This document shows, piece after piece, positions 15,717 through 25,122 of a stretch of DNA of 45,063 bases. A program made the translations under genes and the position numbers. Numbering within the stretch: position 1 is the stretch's first letter; every line of letters starts with the position of its first letter. Origin of the DNA: a virus; the IMG/VR virus record IMGVR_UViG_3300025087_002150; one strand, given 5' to 3'. The notes beneath the pieces are model-generated. The model was not told the DNA's origin. It did not search any database and was given only the letters and a program-made list of their open reading frames with translations.

Positions 15717-17534
15717 ATGGGAGTACCTAAGGCAATACCCTTAATTTTAAGCGTAGCTTTAATTTTGTTAGCTCCAGCAATTATAGAGGGAAAAATGTCA
15801 AGACAAGTAGGAGATTTGATAATTGAAGTCGAAAAGCCTGGCTTCAGCTTCTTCAATACTCAGGCAATCATAGGCCCAACTGAAGCTAAACAAGGTGAAA
15901 GAGTTGCTTATAGGATAACGGGTCATTCAGGTGTTTGGCTTAATGAGCAGGATGTAGTTATCAGAACAGACCAAAATCTTTATACCAGGGCTGTTACGGG
16001 ATTAGAATTAGCAGTAAAGAAGAATGGAAACATAGTTGGTGGATTTAGCATTCCAGTAGGCCAGCTCACCTTGAATGATGGCGGAAGAGGGTTTAGAATT
16101 GATGTGACTATTACTGCACCGAATTCTGTCGGCGATTACAAAATAGATGTGGTTAATGCCTGTTCTGGACAGTTTACCTGCGGACAGAATATTCAGCCCC
16201 TTAAAATAGTCTCTTCACAATGCTCTGACCAGAATAGAGAATCATTCTATAAAGATATTACTGGTGGAGAAGTTTTCAAAGAAGATACATACATAGGAAC
16301 TTCACCTAATTGCAATTATAGGCTTTACATGAGAACCGAATGCGATTCTAATTATCATGTAGAAACATTTGATGATGAATCACAGATTGCAAGAAGATTG
16401 GTTTCTAATGCAGATACTTACTACAAATGTGAGCTTGACTCCCAAGGGGGAGGCGCAGGAGGCTCTGGGGGAGGAGGCTCTTCATCTGGGGGAGGCCAGG
16501 CATGCACAGCAGTAAACAACAATCCACCAGACATTCAAATCACAAATGTTGTTCTTCCAGAAACTGGGAAACTTGGAGAACAATTTAAGGTAGGAGTCAA
16601 TGTAAAAAGAATGAATGAAGATTGGCACTCTTCTGGTGAGGTAAATATGGAAGTCGCAATCTATAGTATTGAAGCTGCACAGAGGCAAGGCTTGATTTCT
16701 GGAGATATGCAATCTATCTTCTTCAAAAATATCAAAACCTCTTGTGCTAATGAGAATTTTGTCCAGGCCAAAAAAGCTTCTTCTGGGATTCTGACAGGTC
16801 CAACAGACCCTACAAGTGCATCGGTAATATTCACCCCTCTCTTTCCATCAAAAGATTCAAAGCTAGCATCGGACGGCTTGAGCAACTATAATGCAGATGG
16901 GAAGTATGTGGTTGTAGCTGGAATATATCAAGAATGCGGGAAAGACTATTTCAATGATGCCTGCTCTAATGAAGAAGGCAAAACATTTATCTTAAAGCGT
17001 ATCACACTCTCGAAAGCGGGGAATGTCCTGATTGAAGGAGAGGGAACTGAAGGAGAAATCGAGACAGAATTATGCAAGAAGGAGAACGAGATATTTTATA
17101 CTAATGGAAATCTTTTTGTAGAAGCGCAGGCCTTTCCACTTTTCAGGGAAGTAGAAAGCGGAGAAATACTTAATCCGAAAGAATTAGATACTAAGATTCC
17201 TGGATTTTCATCCAAATATAAAGAAGGTATCGATGGAGCATGCTGTTCTAGCTTATCTCCTGAATTTCAGGCTTCTAGGACAAATGAGTTTGGTCCAGAT
17301 ATATTCTTCTTAGTAGGAAAAAGATTCACTAGAGTATCATATGACTCATATATCTGTAAGCCAAAATCAGAGGCAGGATTGTGCATTGCATCATTCCACA
17401 AGACACTTAAAGATACGACTAAAGGAAATTGTACAACGAATACAGCAATTGGAGGGATTGGAATACTTTTAGGATTATTCATCTTTCTTAAAATATTTGG
17501 TGGATATTATATAAGAAGGAGGGTTGAAATCTAA
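15717..17534 (+). CDS. Large secreted Cys-rich Ig-like surface/spike protein with C-terminal TM
   Basis: Signal peptide, beta-sandwich-like segments, Gly linker, C-terminal TM plus RRR. Confidence 0.75.
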   Translation: MGVPKAIPLILSVALILLAPAIIEGKMSRQVGDLIIEVEKPGFSFFNTQAIIGPTEAKQGERVAYRITGHSGVWLNEQDVVIRTDQNLYTRAVTGLELAVKKNGNIVGGFSIPVGQLTLNDGGRGFRIDVTITAPNSVGDYKIDVVNACSGQFTCGQNIQPLKIVSSQCSDQNRESFYKDITGGEVFKEDTYIGTSPNCNYRLYMRTECDSNYHVETFDDESQIARRLVSNADTYYKCELDSQGGGAGGSGGGGSSSGGGQACTAVNNNPPDIQITNVVLPETGKLGEQFKVGVNVKRMNEDWHSSGEVNMEVAIYSIEAAQRQGLISGDMQSIFFKNIKTSCANENFVQAKKASSGILTGPTDPTSASVIFTPLFPSKDSKLASDGLSNYNADGKYVVVAGIYQECGKDYFNDACSNEEGKTFILKRITLSKAGNVLIEGEGTEGEIETELCKKENEIFYTNGNLFVEAQAFPLFREVESGEILNPKELDTKIPGFSSKYKEGIDGACCSSLSPEFQASRTNEFGPDIFFLVGKRFTRVSYDSYICKPKSEAGLCIASFHKTLKDTTKGNCTTNTAIGGIGILLGLFIFLKIFGGYYIRRRVEI

Positions 17535-17724
17535 AATGGGAGACTTTTTATCTTCAGTGACAGGAGCAGTTGTCATAGGCGGAGCTGTCTTATATGGAAT
17601 CTATTCTGGTATATTATTTGCTCTGCCGTCACCATTCCCCACCATAATCTTAGCCCTATCCGTATTGGTCTTGTGGGCTTTCTTGACAGACAAAAACCTT
17701 ATCGCTGGAAGAGCATTAAAATAA
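17524..17724 (+). CDS. Small two-TM protein
   Basis: Hydrophobic ORF. Confidence 0.65.
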   Translation: MKSKMGDFLSSVTGAVVIGGAVLYGIYSGILFALPSPFPTIILALSVLVLWAFLTDKNLIAGRALK

Positions 17725-17725
17725 A

Positions 17726-17971
17726 ATGTTTGAAGAATTTTTCAATTGGATAAAGAGAAACAAGGAAGGAATAATCCTCGGAGCTATAGCTGGGACGATT
17801 TATGCTTCAACTCTAAAGGATGTTGGATTCGCTCTCCAAACTCAGAGTGCAATAGACCCATTCATTGAAAGCACCAAGAATTTTGCCATGAACAAAGTCA
17901 GAATAGCAATGGGCTTCCTTGGAGCATTTGTTGGAGGAGAAATACAAGAATTTCTCAGGAGGGTAACATGA
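17726..17971 (+). CDS. Small two-TM protein (GxxxG motifs)
   Basis: GAIAG and GFLGAFVGG. Confidence 0.65.
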   Translation: MFEEFFNWIKRNKEGIILGAIAGTIYASTLKDVGFALQTQSAIDPFIESTKNFAMNKVRIAMGFLGAFVGGEIQEFLRRVT

Positions 17972-18186
17972 ATAAGAAAGGGCAAATTCCTCTCATCATA
18001 GCACCCGCATGGTCTTTATTTTGGCAATATGGGGTAAGATGGATAGTCTTAGGATTAGGAACACTTTTCTTAGGTTTCCCCCTTTTCAAAAGTGCACTTA
18101 CACCAAACCCAGCCCCAGTGATACCTTGGTATGCGTGGTTAATAATTATGTTCATAATCTTACTGATATTTAGGCGGAGAAAATAA
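17968..18186 (+). CDS. Small membrane protein with class III-like signal (MNKKG|Q)
   Basis: NKKGQ motif, two TMs, basic tail. Confidence 0.65.
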   Translation: MNKKGQIPLIIAPAWSLFWQYGVRWIVLGLGTLFLGFPLFKSALTPNPAPVIPWYAWLIIMFIILLIFRRRK

Positions 18187-18528
18187 ATGGCAAAATTATT
18201 TAGTGGAGGAGATAAAGTACAAGGTTTCATAGCTTTCCTAAGCCTGCTTTTAATTTCATTGCAAATTTTTGCCCTGGTAGCACAATCTTTCGGCTGGCTG
18301 GAAAACATAAGACTTGGTGCTGGATTGATGCTAGTCATAATTGTAGGATTAATCCTCCTTGCTTTCGTAGCTGTTAGGGAGAGAGCATATCTTCAGGGAA
18401 GGGATATATTGATACTTATCTTAGCAGGAGCTTTAATGCTATTTTTGCTGTTTAAGTTACCTCAGCTAGTCCCTTCGATATTTTCACAAGCTATCAGTGA
18501 GCTGCAAAGTATGCTAGGAGTATCTTAG
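18187..18528 (+). CDS. Three-TM membrane protein
   Basis: Hydrophobic ORF. Confidence 0.7.
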   Translation: MAKLFSGGDKVQGFIAFLSLLLISLQIFALVAQSFGWLENIRLGAGLMLVIIVGLILLAFVAVRERAYLQGRDILILILAGALMLFLLFKLPQLVPSIFSQAISELQSMLGVS

Positions 18529-18600
18529 ATGAGCCCAAAAATCCCAATACGACAGCACATGAGCCACAGGGCAGGTCGGAGAGCCCCCGTAGCAGGGCAT
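18505..18600 (+). repeat. 96-bp perfect direct repeat, copy 1
   Basis: Identical to 23037..23132 by direct comparison. Confidence 0.9.
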
Positions 18601-18801
18601 ATCAGGAATATGCCCACTCATTCAAGATTAAGTTTTGGAAGAGGAACACTCGCAAGAAAAGCACGAGGGAAAGTTGCAGAAGACCTGAAGAGACTCCCAA
18701 GAAATAAAAGACCAAGAAATGTGCAGGCAACTTCAACTCAAATCGTCAAACAAGCTTCTCCAAAAGCAAGAATAAGACTTGCACGGAGGGGAATAATATA
18801 A
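18529..18801 (+). CDS. Arg/Lys-rich putative genome-condensing (core) protein, copy 1
   Basis: Strongly basic; RQH/GHIR motifs; first 24 aa identical to 23061..23330. Confidence 0.65.
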   Translation: MSPKIPIRQHMSHRAGRRAPVAGHIRNMPTHSRLSFGRGTLARKARGKVAEDLKRLPRNKRPRNVQATSTQIVKQASPKARIRLARRGII

Positions 18802-18813
18802 AAACAAAACAAA

Positions 18814-19035
18814 ATGGCATTTAGAATAGACAACATCATTGACCCAGGAACAAAGGTAAAATTGTTTATCGCAGGAGTAGCATCTCTAGTAGGTGGAGCA
18901 ATCCTTACAGGATTTGGAAGGTTTGTTGGAATAGATGCTACGACAAAGATTTTCAATATGCCTTGGACAGTAGGCAATCTAGCAGGAATATTGCTGTTGG
19001 TTGTATTCGTATGGGTCTTGATGAAAAAATTATAG
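18814..19035 (+). CDS. Small two-TM protein
   Basis: Hydrophobic ORF. Confidence 0.65.
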   Translation: MAFRIDNIIDPGTKVKLFIAGVASLVGGAILTGFGRFVGIDATTKIFNMPWTVGNLAGILLLVVFVWVLMKKL

Positions 19036-19042
19036 GTAGAAA

Positions 19043-19279
19043 ATGGCAGTAGATACAGGAACAGCGATGAATGTAGTCGCGCAGATAGCTAGCTTTATAA
19101 TTAGCACGCTTACTACTGTGAAGAATGCCATATTCGGTCTCTTCCCAGGTAATGAGATTTTCGTAGCCCTGCTACTTTCCCTAGTCTTAGCATGGTTAAT
19201 TGTAAGAAGTAGGATGACAGACCTCCTACTCGGATTGGTAATATTTTTAATCGCCTTCACTATGCTTATGGCATTATAA
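19043..19279 (+). CDS. Small membrane protein
   Basis: Hydrophobic ORF. Confidence 0.65.
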   Translation: MAVDTGTAMNVVAQIASFIISTLTTVKNAIFGLFPGNEIFVALLLSLVLAWLIVRSRMTDLLLGLVIFLIAFTMLMAL

Positions 19280-19289
19280 CGCTCTTCAA

Positions 19290-20156
19290 ATGAAGAAAAT
19301 GGAAACAAAAAATAAAATAGTAGGATTACTTGCTTTAGCAATATTTGCTCTAGTGATAGCGTTAGCTTTTGCGAATGAAGTAGAAGCACTAGCATTAGAA
19401 GGTAACACATCAGCAGTATGTGGAAATGCAGCAGGAACAAGCAGAGTTAGAGTAAACACAACAGGAACTGATTTCCGAACATTTGCTACTGGTGCCTTAA
19501 ATGTAACAGTTTGGGCTTTCGGTGGAAACTTAGGAGAATGGTATAATGTTGGGACAACACAAAACTCTACATATACTGCAAGCCAACCATTCGATTGGAA
19601 TTTGACATGGAACACAAATGCTGTGACACCAGGAAGATATATCCTTAACTGGACATTTACAAACTATTCTGGAGTTGCAGCAGAGCAGACAAGAGCAAAC
19701 TTCACAATGCTGAATGTGGAAGTTGACAACGTAGGCCCAGTGTTTACTTTTAGTTCGCCAGCGGATGGCTCGACGAACAAGGGAGCATTTACTGTAACTA
19801 TTGCCAGCAATGAAAGCCTTGGCTCAGCTACACTAAATATAGTCAGTTCAACAAGGACATTTGTGATGACTACGAGTGGTTCAACGGCTACTTACGCCTT
19901 CACCAAGGGGGAGGTTGCCGATGGAGTTTACAAACTACATGTAACAGGAACTGATAACACAGCTTGTGCAACAACACTATATAGCTCTGAATCGAGGACA
20001 TTTACATTCAGTGCTGAAGGTAGCGGAGTTGCAGGTTCAGCAGCAGCGGCATCCCTGAACCAGCCTGGCATGAAATTGACTGATGAGAGCAAGAAGAACA
20101 TCGGGATTATCGCATTGGCACTTGTAGGACTTTGGCTGCTCTTGAGAAAGAAGTGA
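19290..20156 (+). CDS. Secreted Ig-like domain protein with C-terminal TM
   Basis: DNVGPVFTFSSPADGS...DGVYKLHVTGTD bacterial Ig-like pattern; several sequons. Confidence 0.75.
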   Translation: MKKMETKNKIVGLLALAIFALVIALAFANEVEALALEGNTSAVCGNAAGTSRVRVNTTGTDFRTFATGALNVTVWAFGGNLGEWYNVGTTQNSTYTASQPFDWNLTWNTNAVTPGRYILNWTFTNYSGVAAEQTRANFTMLNVEVDNVGPVFTFSSPADGSTNKGAFTVTIASNESLGSATLNIVSSTRTFVMTTSGSTATYAFTKGEVADGVYKLHVTGTDNTACATTLYSSESRTFTFSAEGSGVAGSAAAASLNQPGMKLTDESKKNIGIIALALVGLWLLLRKK

Positions 20157-20206
20157 GTAATTGACGACAAAAACAGGAGTGATTCCCGTAAAGAGAGATT
20201 TATAAG

Positions 20207-21337
20207 ATGGCGAATAGGAACTGGATTATATTGGTAGTGATTATCCTAGCCTTGCTCTTCCTGATGAAGGGCTGCCTTCAAAAAGAAGTAGAACCAGCTT
20301 CTATAGGAGTCAAGTTCTATGATGAGGACGGCCAATTGATAGGAAGCATGGGAGATGTTGGTGATAAAAAATTCACAATTTACCCACAGGCGACTATTAC
20401 AGTAGGTGGGCTTACCTTTAATAAAGTCAAATGGATAGAGTTTTTCATCACAATCACTAATACAGGAACATCCCAATTAAGCGATGTCAAGGTTCTTAGT
20501 GGAAGCGTTGCTCCAGCCCCTCCGACAGGAGGGCAGAGTTTCAGCACTTTAATCTCTACATTCACAAAGGTAAGAAATCTAGGCACGACCCAATCAGCAA
20601 TCTGGCGTAGCAATAGCGATGCAGGATGCACAGCATTTCCTAATACTGGCTGTGCCTTGGATATAGATAGCTACGTCGTTGCAGGGACACCAGTAGATTA
20701 TACCTTCTCTATAATTGGAGAAGGAAGGACTCAATCAGCACAGGTAATACAGAGTGTTGGAAATCTTCTTGCAAAAATCCAAGAAGACTCTTCAGGTGAT
20801 GGTTTGCAGGTTGACCTAAAGCTTGGATTTAGTGCATTAAGATTCTTTGCACAAGAATCTAATTATGTTGACCAGAGGTTTCCAAACCAGATATTTCCTC
20901 CAAACAACCCATTAGCTATTTTCACATCTGATGCAGTAGGTGTCAAGAAACAGGCTTACTTCAAGTTTGACCTGACAGCAGTTCCGTCTGGATTTAGCAT
21001 AAGTTCAGCAAAACTTAATTATAAGGTTGATGGTGGATTGACAGCCCCCGTTTTAGGAGAGCTTTATTCATCAGCTCCAACTTGGGATGAGGACACTATT
21101 AATTATAACAACAGACCGGCAGAAGAGCCAAAGATAGTAAATCTACCGAATGGAGCACAAGATACATGGTTTGTAGTTGATGTGAAGAACTATGCGATAA
21201 CAGCGTTTTCAACACATAAGACTCCAAGTTTCTTGTATAGGCTTGATGCTGGTGTCTCAGAGACTATACAGTGGACAATCTATACAGAAGAAAGCCTTGG
21301 GAATGAGCCTTACTTAGAGATAACATTTACGCAATAA
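20207..21337 (+). CDS. Membrane-anchored protein with C-terminal DNRLRE/CBM96-like domain
   Basis: SNYVDQRFPN...AYFKFDLTAVPSGFSISSAKLNY...TWDEDTINYNNRP...EPYLEITF. Confidence 0.75.
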   Translation: MANRNWIILVVIILALLFLMKGCLQKEVEPASIGVKFYDEDGQLIGSMGDVGDKKFTIYPQATITVGGLTFNKVKWIEFFITITNTGTSQLSDVKVLSGSVAPAPPTGGQSFSTLISTFTKVRNLGTTQSAIWRSNSDAGCTAFPNTGCALDIDSYVVAGTPVDYTFSIIGEGRTQSAQVIQSVGNLLAKIQEDSSGDGLQVDLKLGFSALRFFAQESNYVDQRFPNQIFPPNNPLAIFTSDAVGVKKQAYFKFDLTAVPSGFSISSAKLNYKVDGGLTAPVLGELYSSAPTWDEDTINYNNRPAEEPKIVNLPNGAQDTWFVVDVKNYAITAFSTHKTPSFLYRLDAGVSETIQWTIYTEESLGNEPYLEITFTQ

Positions 21338-21377
21338 AATGGCAAGAAAACGAAAAAGAAAGTAAGTATAGAACAAA

Positions 21378-21491
21378 ATGGCATTTGAAATCAGCGAAGA
21401 AGATAGACAGAAATGGCTTAGGAGCAATAGGCTCATTCCTGCTGGCTTAGGTAATTATGATGAGGAAGAAGAAGATGAGGATTTTGAATAA
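21378..21491 (+). CDS. 37-aa acidic mini-protein (MAFEISEEDRQKW...DEEEEDEDFE)
   Basis: Manual translation; AAAATGG start context shared with neighbouring genes. Confidence 0.45.
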   Translation: MAFEISEEDRQKWLRSNRLIPAGLGNYDEEEEDEDFE

Positions 21492-22761
21492 AAACGCAAA
21501 GACAGAATTTTCAGCGGTAATCATTATCTTAGTTCTAGCTGGTGCTTACTACTTAATAAGTTCATCAGACTTCATAATTTTTCCTAGAAGCACTACTCTT
21601 TATAGGACTGGGGAAAATTTTGTTGTAGAAGATTATGGTTTATGGTCTTGGCCTGAAGCATCTTCGCCTACTTATGATGTTATCGGATGGAAAACAACAG
21701 TTGCTGCTACTTGGCAAGAATGTTCCTTAGGTAGGAATATCCTTGATGAGATGAGGTATTCTATTCATTATCCAACCCCAAATGGGGATGAGTGGAATAT
21801 AAATACGATACAACAATTAGTCATTTGTCGAGATACTCAGAGATGGAGAGTATGGGACAGGAATGCAGCCATTACTGCAATCCAGACTCAGGATTTTAAT
21901 AGCGGGTATACTGAAGTTACAGACCCCATTTATGAAAATGAACTCTTTAAAGTTGATGGTGAAACCTTATTTATAGACATATTCTATAAAACAAAAGATT
22001 GGGTTAATATAGTAAAGGTCTCTAGCAATATGACATTATCTGTCACATTAGAAAAAGTCAATTTATCTCATTCACCCATAAGCGGAACAGCGTTAGCTTG
22101 GGTTACCAGTGCAGTTGGAAATGAAAAGTATACACTAACCCCTAATAACGATATTATTATAGGTTCAGAACCAGTGGTGTTAGATTTTGATTATCCTAAT
22201 TTATCTACGGGTAATTATTCCTTCCATTTTGTTTTTGGGACAACACAATTACATTCTTTAAGAGGAGCGATACCTCCTCTAACCTTTCCCGTAGGAGAAT
22301 ATGTAACTATTTATCCAGCATATTCGAGAAAAATAAGATTCGATTACTCACTCCCACTAAGTGGGGGTGGTGTAGCTTGTAACTCAAATTCAGAATGTGG
22401 GACTGATACAAAACTATCCTCATTCTGTGGTACAGACGGAAATATCTATGATATATGGAAAGTCTATACTTGTATGAACCCTGGACAAACAACTTCCTTT
22501 TGTTCAGAAGAAAATCAGGATAGATTAAACCAAATTTGCAGTAATGGCTGCTCATTACCAGGGGGAAACGCTACTTGTAACTCTGGAGGCTCTGGGGGAG
22601 GCTCTGGGGGAGGCTCTGGGGGAGGCTCTTCAGGCGGGGGAGGCTCTTCAACAAGCGGTGGCATTGAGTTAGTATCTGAAGCTAGAAAACAACTTCCCGT
22701 AGTAATTATAATTATAATCCTAGGAGCAGTAGGATACTTTTTATGGAGGAAATATAGATGA
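21475..22761 (+). CDS. Membrane-anchored surface protein (class III-like leader, Cys-rich module, Gly linker, C-terminal TM)
   Basis: MRILNKNA|KTEFS leader; CNSNSECG...CSNGC; GGSG repeats; track ORF 21457..22761. Confidence 0.7.
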   Translation: MRILNKNAKTEFSAVIIILVLAGAYYLISSSDFIIFPRSTTLYRTGENFVVEDYGLWSWPEASSPTYDVIGWKTTVAATWQECSLGRNILDEMRYSIHYPTPNGDEWNINTIQQLVICRDTQRWRVWDRNAAITAIQTQDFNSGYTEVTDPIYENELFKVDGETLFIDIFYKTKDWVNIVKVSSNMTLSVTLEKVNLSHSPISGTALAWVTSAVGNEKYTLTPNNDIIIGSEPVVLDFDYPNLSTGNYSFHFVFGTTQLHSLRGAIPPLTFPVGEYVTIYPAYSRKIRFDYSLPLSGGGVACNSNSECGTDTKLSSFCGTDGNIYDIWKVYTCMNPGQTTSFCSEENQDRLNQICSNGCSLPGGNATCNSGGSGGGSGGGSGGGSSGGGGSSTSGGIELVSEARKQLPVVIIIIILGAVGYFLWRKYR

Positions 22762-22964
22762 TGGGAAACTTGTTTAAAAATCCAATAGTGAAAATCCCGA
22801 TTCCAGAAGGGATAAAGATAGCATTGACGACAGCTGGAGCAGGAAGTGTTTTAGCAATAGTGTTTTTCCATGATTGGTTCATGGGATTAACTGGAATTAT
22901 GAAGTTTGCTGTCCTGTACCTACCAGTTTACACAGCTTTATATTCAATAGGATTGATAGATTAA
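22758..22964 (+). CDS. Small two-TM protein
   Basis: Hydrophobic ORF. Confidence 0.65.
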   Translation: MMGNLFKNPIVKIPIPEGIKIALTTAGAGSVLAIVFFHDWFMGLTGIMKFAVLYLPVYTALYSIGLID

Positions 22965-23036
22965 GATGAGAAAGAAAAAGCAGAAACCCAAGAAGCAATT
23001 ATATTAAATTGGAGTTATTTTAGGTCATTACCTCTT

Positions 23037-23132
23037 CAAAGTATGCTAGGAGTATCTTAGATGAGCCCAAAAATCCCAATACGACAGCACATGAGCCACA
23101 GGGCAGGTCGGAGAGCCCCCGTAGCAGGGCAT
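23037..23132 (+). repeat. 96-bp perfect direct repeat, copy 2
   Basis: Identical to 18505..18600. Confidence 0.9.
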
Positions 23133-23330
23133 CTGCGAGCAATTCCATCAAGAGCCTTTTTCGGAGTCATAAAATATGGCAAGAGAAAAGGAACTAAAGT
23201 CAGAGTCAATCCAAGAGAAGAAAAAACATTTCAACTCCAAAGTCCGAAGACAGGCAAAATCATAGCTGGAAGAGTCGGCTCACAATCTCTTAGACAGAGA
23301 ATTAGAATAGTTCGAACTATTAGCCCCTAG
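23061..23330 (+). CDS. Arg/Lys-rich putative core protein, copy 2
   Basis: Same N-terminal 24 aa as 18529..18801, unrelated basic C-terminus. Confidence 0.65.
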   Translation: MSPKIPIRQHMSHRAGRRAPVAGHLRAIPSRAFFGVIKYGKRKGTKVRVNPREEKTFQLQSPKTGKIIAGRVGSQSLRQRIRIVRTISP

Positions 23331-23339
23331 CCTTAGTAT

Positions 23340-23366
23340 GGCGGAGAGTCCCACCCGCTCTCCGCC
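23340..23366 (+). other. 9-bp GC stem-loop GGCGGAGAG/CTCTCCGCC
   Basis: Perfect inverted repeat 10 nt after the stop; no T-tract follows. Confidence 0.6.
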
Positions 23367-23384
23367 TAATCTTCAAAATGAAAA

Positions 23385-23786
23385 ATGGATTTCAACAAAA
23401 TAAGAAAAGTGATTTCCTTTGGATTATTCCTCTTAGCAGTTGCTTTAATTATCCCACCAATAATTCCTGACGGAACTGATTTTCTCCTAAATATCCCTTT
23501 AGCCAATTGGCTAGTTCTGAAATTCAGCAATGCACCAATTTCGATTTCTTTTGCCCTAGCTTTGATTATGACTTATACTCTAATCCCCCTAGTGATTATA
23601 TACGCATCAGCATTTGTCCATCCCAGTGATACAGATGGAATGTTCCATAGGATGATAAAGAAGATAAAGGATAAGCTTGATGCAGGGTGGCAGTTTATAA
23701 AGAGAAATCCTATTATAGGTATAGCTGGAGCAGTAATCTTTTACTATATTGCAACAAAATATCTATCAAACTTGTTCGTAAGATGA
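23385..23786 (+). CDS. Three-TM membrane protein
   Basis: Hydrophobic ORF. Confidence 0.7.
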   Translation: MDFNKIRKVISFGLFLLAVALIIPPIIPDGTDFLLNIPLANWLVLKFSNAPISISFALALIMTYTLIPLVIIYASAFVHPSDTDGMFHRMIKKIKDKLDAGWQFIKRNPIIGIAGAVIFYYIATKYLSNLFVR

Positions 23787-25087
23787 GAGAAATAAAAGGA
23801 ATCTTAATAATCTCCGCTCTCTTTGTAGTAATACTCCTCTTATCGAATACGAAGTTAAACACAATGTCTATCTGTTCTTTTAGTTCTGGAGGAGCACAAA
23901 ACAGGGGGGCATACTTTGGCATAGGTTGGCTAACAAGCTTTGATTCATCTGGATTAGAAAAAATAAAAAGGTATGGGGGAGATTTCGCCATTGCTACTGG
24001 CTCTGCATGCTATATCGGAAATAAAGTAGATTATTCCTGTGTAAGAAATTATCTAGATGAGGCAGACAAAAAGAAGGTTAAAGTAGTGCTGGAATTACCA
24101 CAGACAGAAGTAAGGGAATTTGTTCAGCTTCAGCATCCATCCTTAATTGGATATTACATATCCTATCCAGACAAATCAGGGGTAGATGCACGAAGATTGT
24201 ACAAGGAAGCAAAGGAGATGAACACTTTACCGATATTTACTTCATTAGATTCACAATCCCAGCCACGACAGGATTGTTCATTAGGACGACCAGAGTTGCA
24301 CCAAAAATCCTGTATGAATGGTACAGAATATAATCCTAAACTTTGCGGTGAGAAAGAGTTATGCCTATTAAATGATTATTCAGATAGTGGGGATATTTTG
24401 GCTATGAGCTACTATCCTTTTTACTTCAGAGAAAATAAGGTAATCTCCCCTTGGTGGGATATCGAGAGAACAAAAATCTGGACAAGAATACTACATAAAT
24501 CAGACAATCAGTTCATCGCCATCATTCAAGGGACATATTGGCTTGAAGAGGACAGCAAACCAGCGTTCATCTCAAGTTATCCAAATAAGCAACAGTATAG
24601 GTTTTATTCAATTGGGAATATGATTGCTGGGTCAGCTGGAATCATAAATTTTATAGAATATAGGGTAGATGATTCAATTGCAACGAATATAATCAACCCA
24701 GCCAGCGGGGATATAAGGCATTTCAGGGAGCTTTTTATATCTGGTGAACCGATTGCTTGTTCATCTTGTGAAGGCACTGCAAACCTTTTCGTAAGGGATT
24801 CAACAAATTATAAGCTTGGGGTAGTTAATGGAAATCTGGATGCGAAGACCATCAGCTTTAGTCTCCCATTTGAAATAGAAGATTTTAAAGAATATGACTC
24901 TGGAAAGATTTTTAAGGGTGGAGTGATAATAGATGGTGGTAATATAACCCTCATTATTGATGGGCAGACAGCGAAGCTATTTGAACTATCAAGAAAGCCC
25001 CAGCTAAAATTCCAGAATGAGACTAGCCAGGAGGAGGACAATCCCCCACCGCAGAAGGATTCAGATTCACAATCAATATTTTGTTAA
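23783..25087 (+). CDS. Secreted glycoside-hydrolase-like TIM-barrel protein
   Basis: YLDEA..KKVKVVL, LIGYYISYPD, DILAMSYYPF, IAIIQG, GSAGIINF resemble clan GH-A barrels; start at ATGA overlap. Confidence 0.5.
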   Translation: MREIKGILIISALFVVILLLSNTKLNTMSICSFSSGGAQNRGAYFGIGWLTSFDSSGLEKIKRYGGDFAIATGSACYIGNKVDYSCVRNYLDEADKKKVKVVLELPQTEVREFVQLQHPSLIGYYISYPDKSGVDARRLYKEAKEMNTLPIFTSLDSQSQPRQDCSLGRPELHQKSCMNGTEYNPKLCGEKELCLLNDYSDSGDILAMSYYPFYFRENKVISPWWDIERTKIWTRILHKSDNQFIAIIQGTYWLEEDSKPAFISSYPNKQQYRFYSIGNMIAGSAGIINFIEYRVDDSIATNIINPASGDIRHFRELFISGEPIACSSCEGTANLFVRDSTNYKLGVVNGNLDAKTISFSLPFEIEDFKEYDSGKIFKGGVIIDGGNITLIIDGQTAKLFELSRKPQLKFQNETSQEEDNPPPQKDSDSQSIFC

Positions 25088-25122
25088 AGTATAGGGAAAA
25101 AAGTGATGCTCAAGGAGGAAAG

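Noticed and set aside
22581-22650. GGCTCTGGGGGA repeats as a regulatory element
   Set aside because: They encode an ordinary Gly/Ser linker, as also seen near 16444-16495
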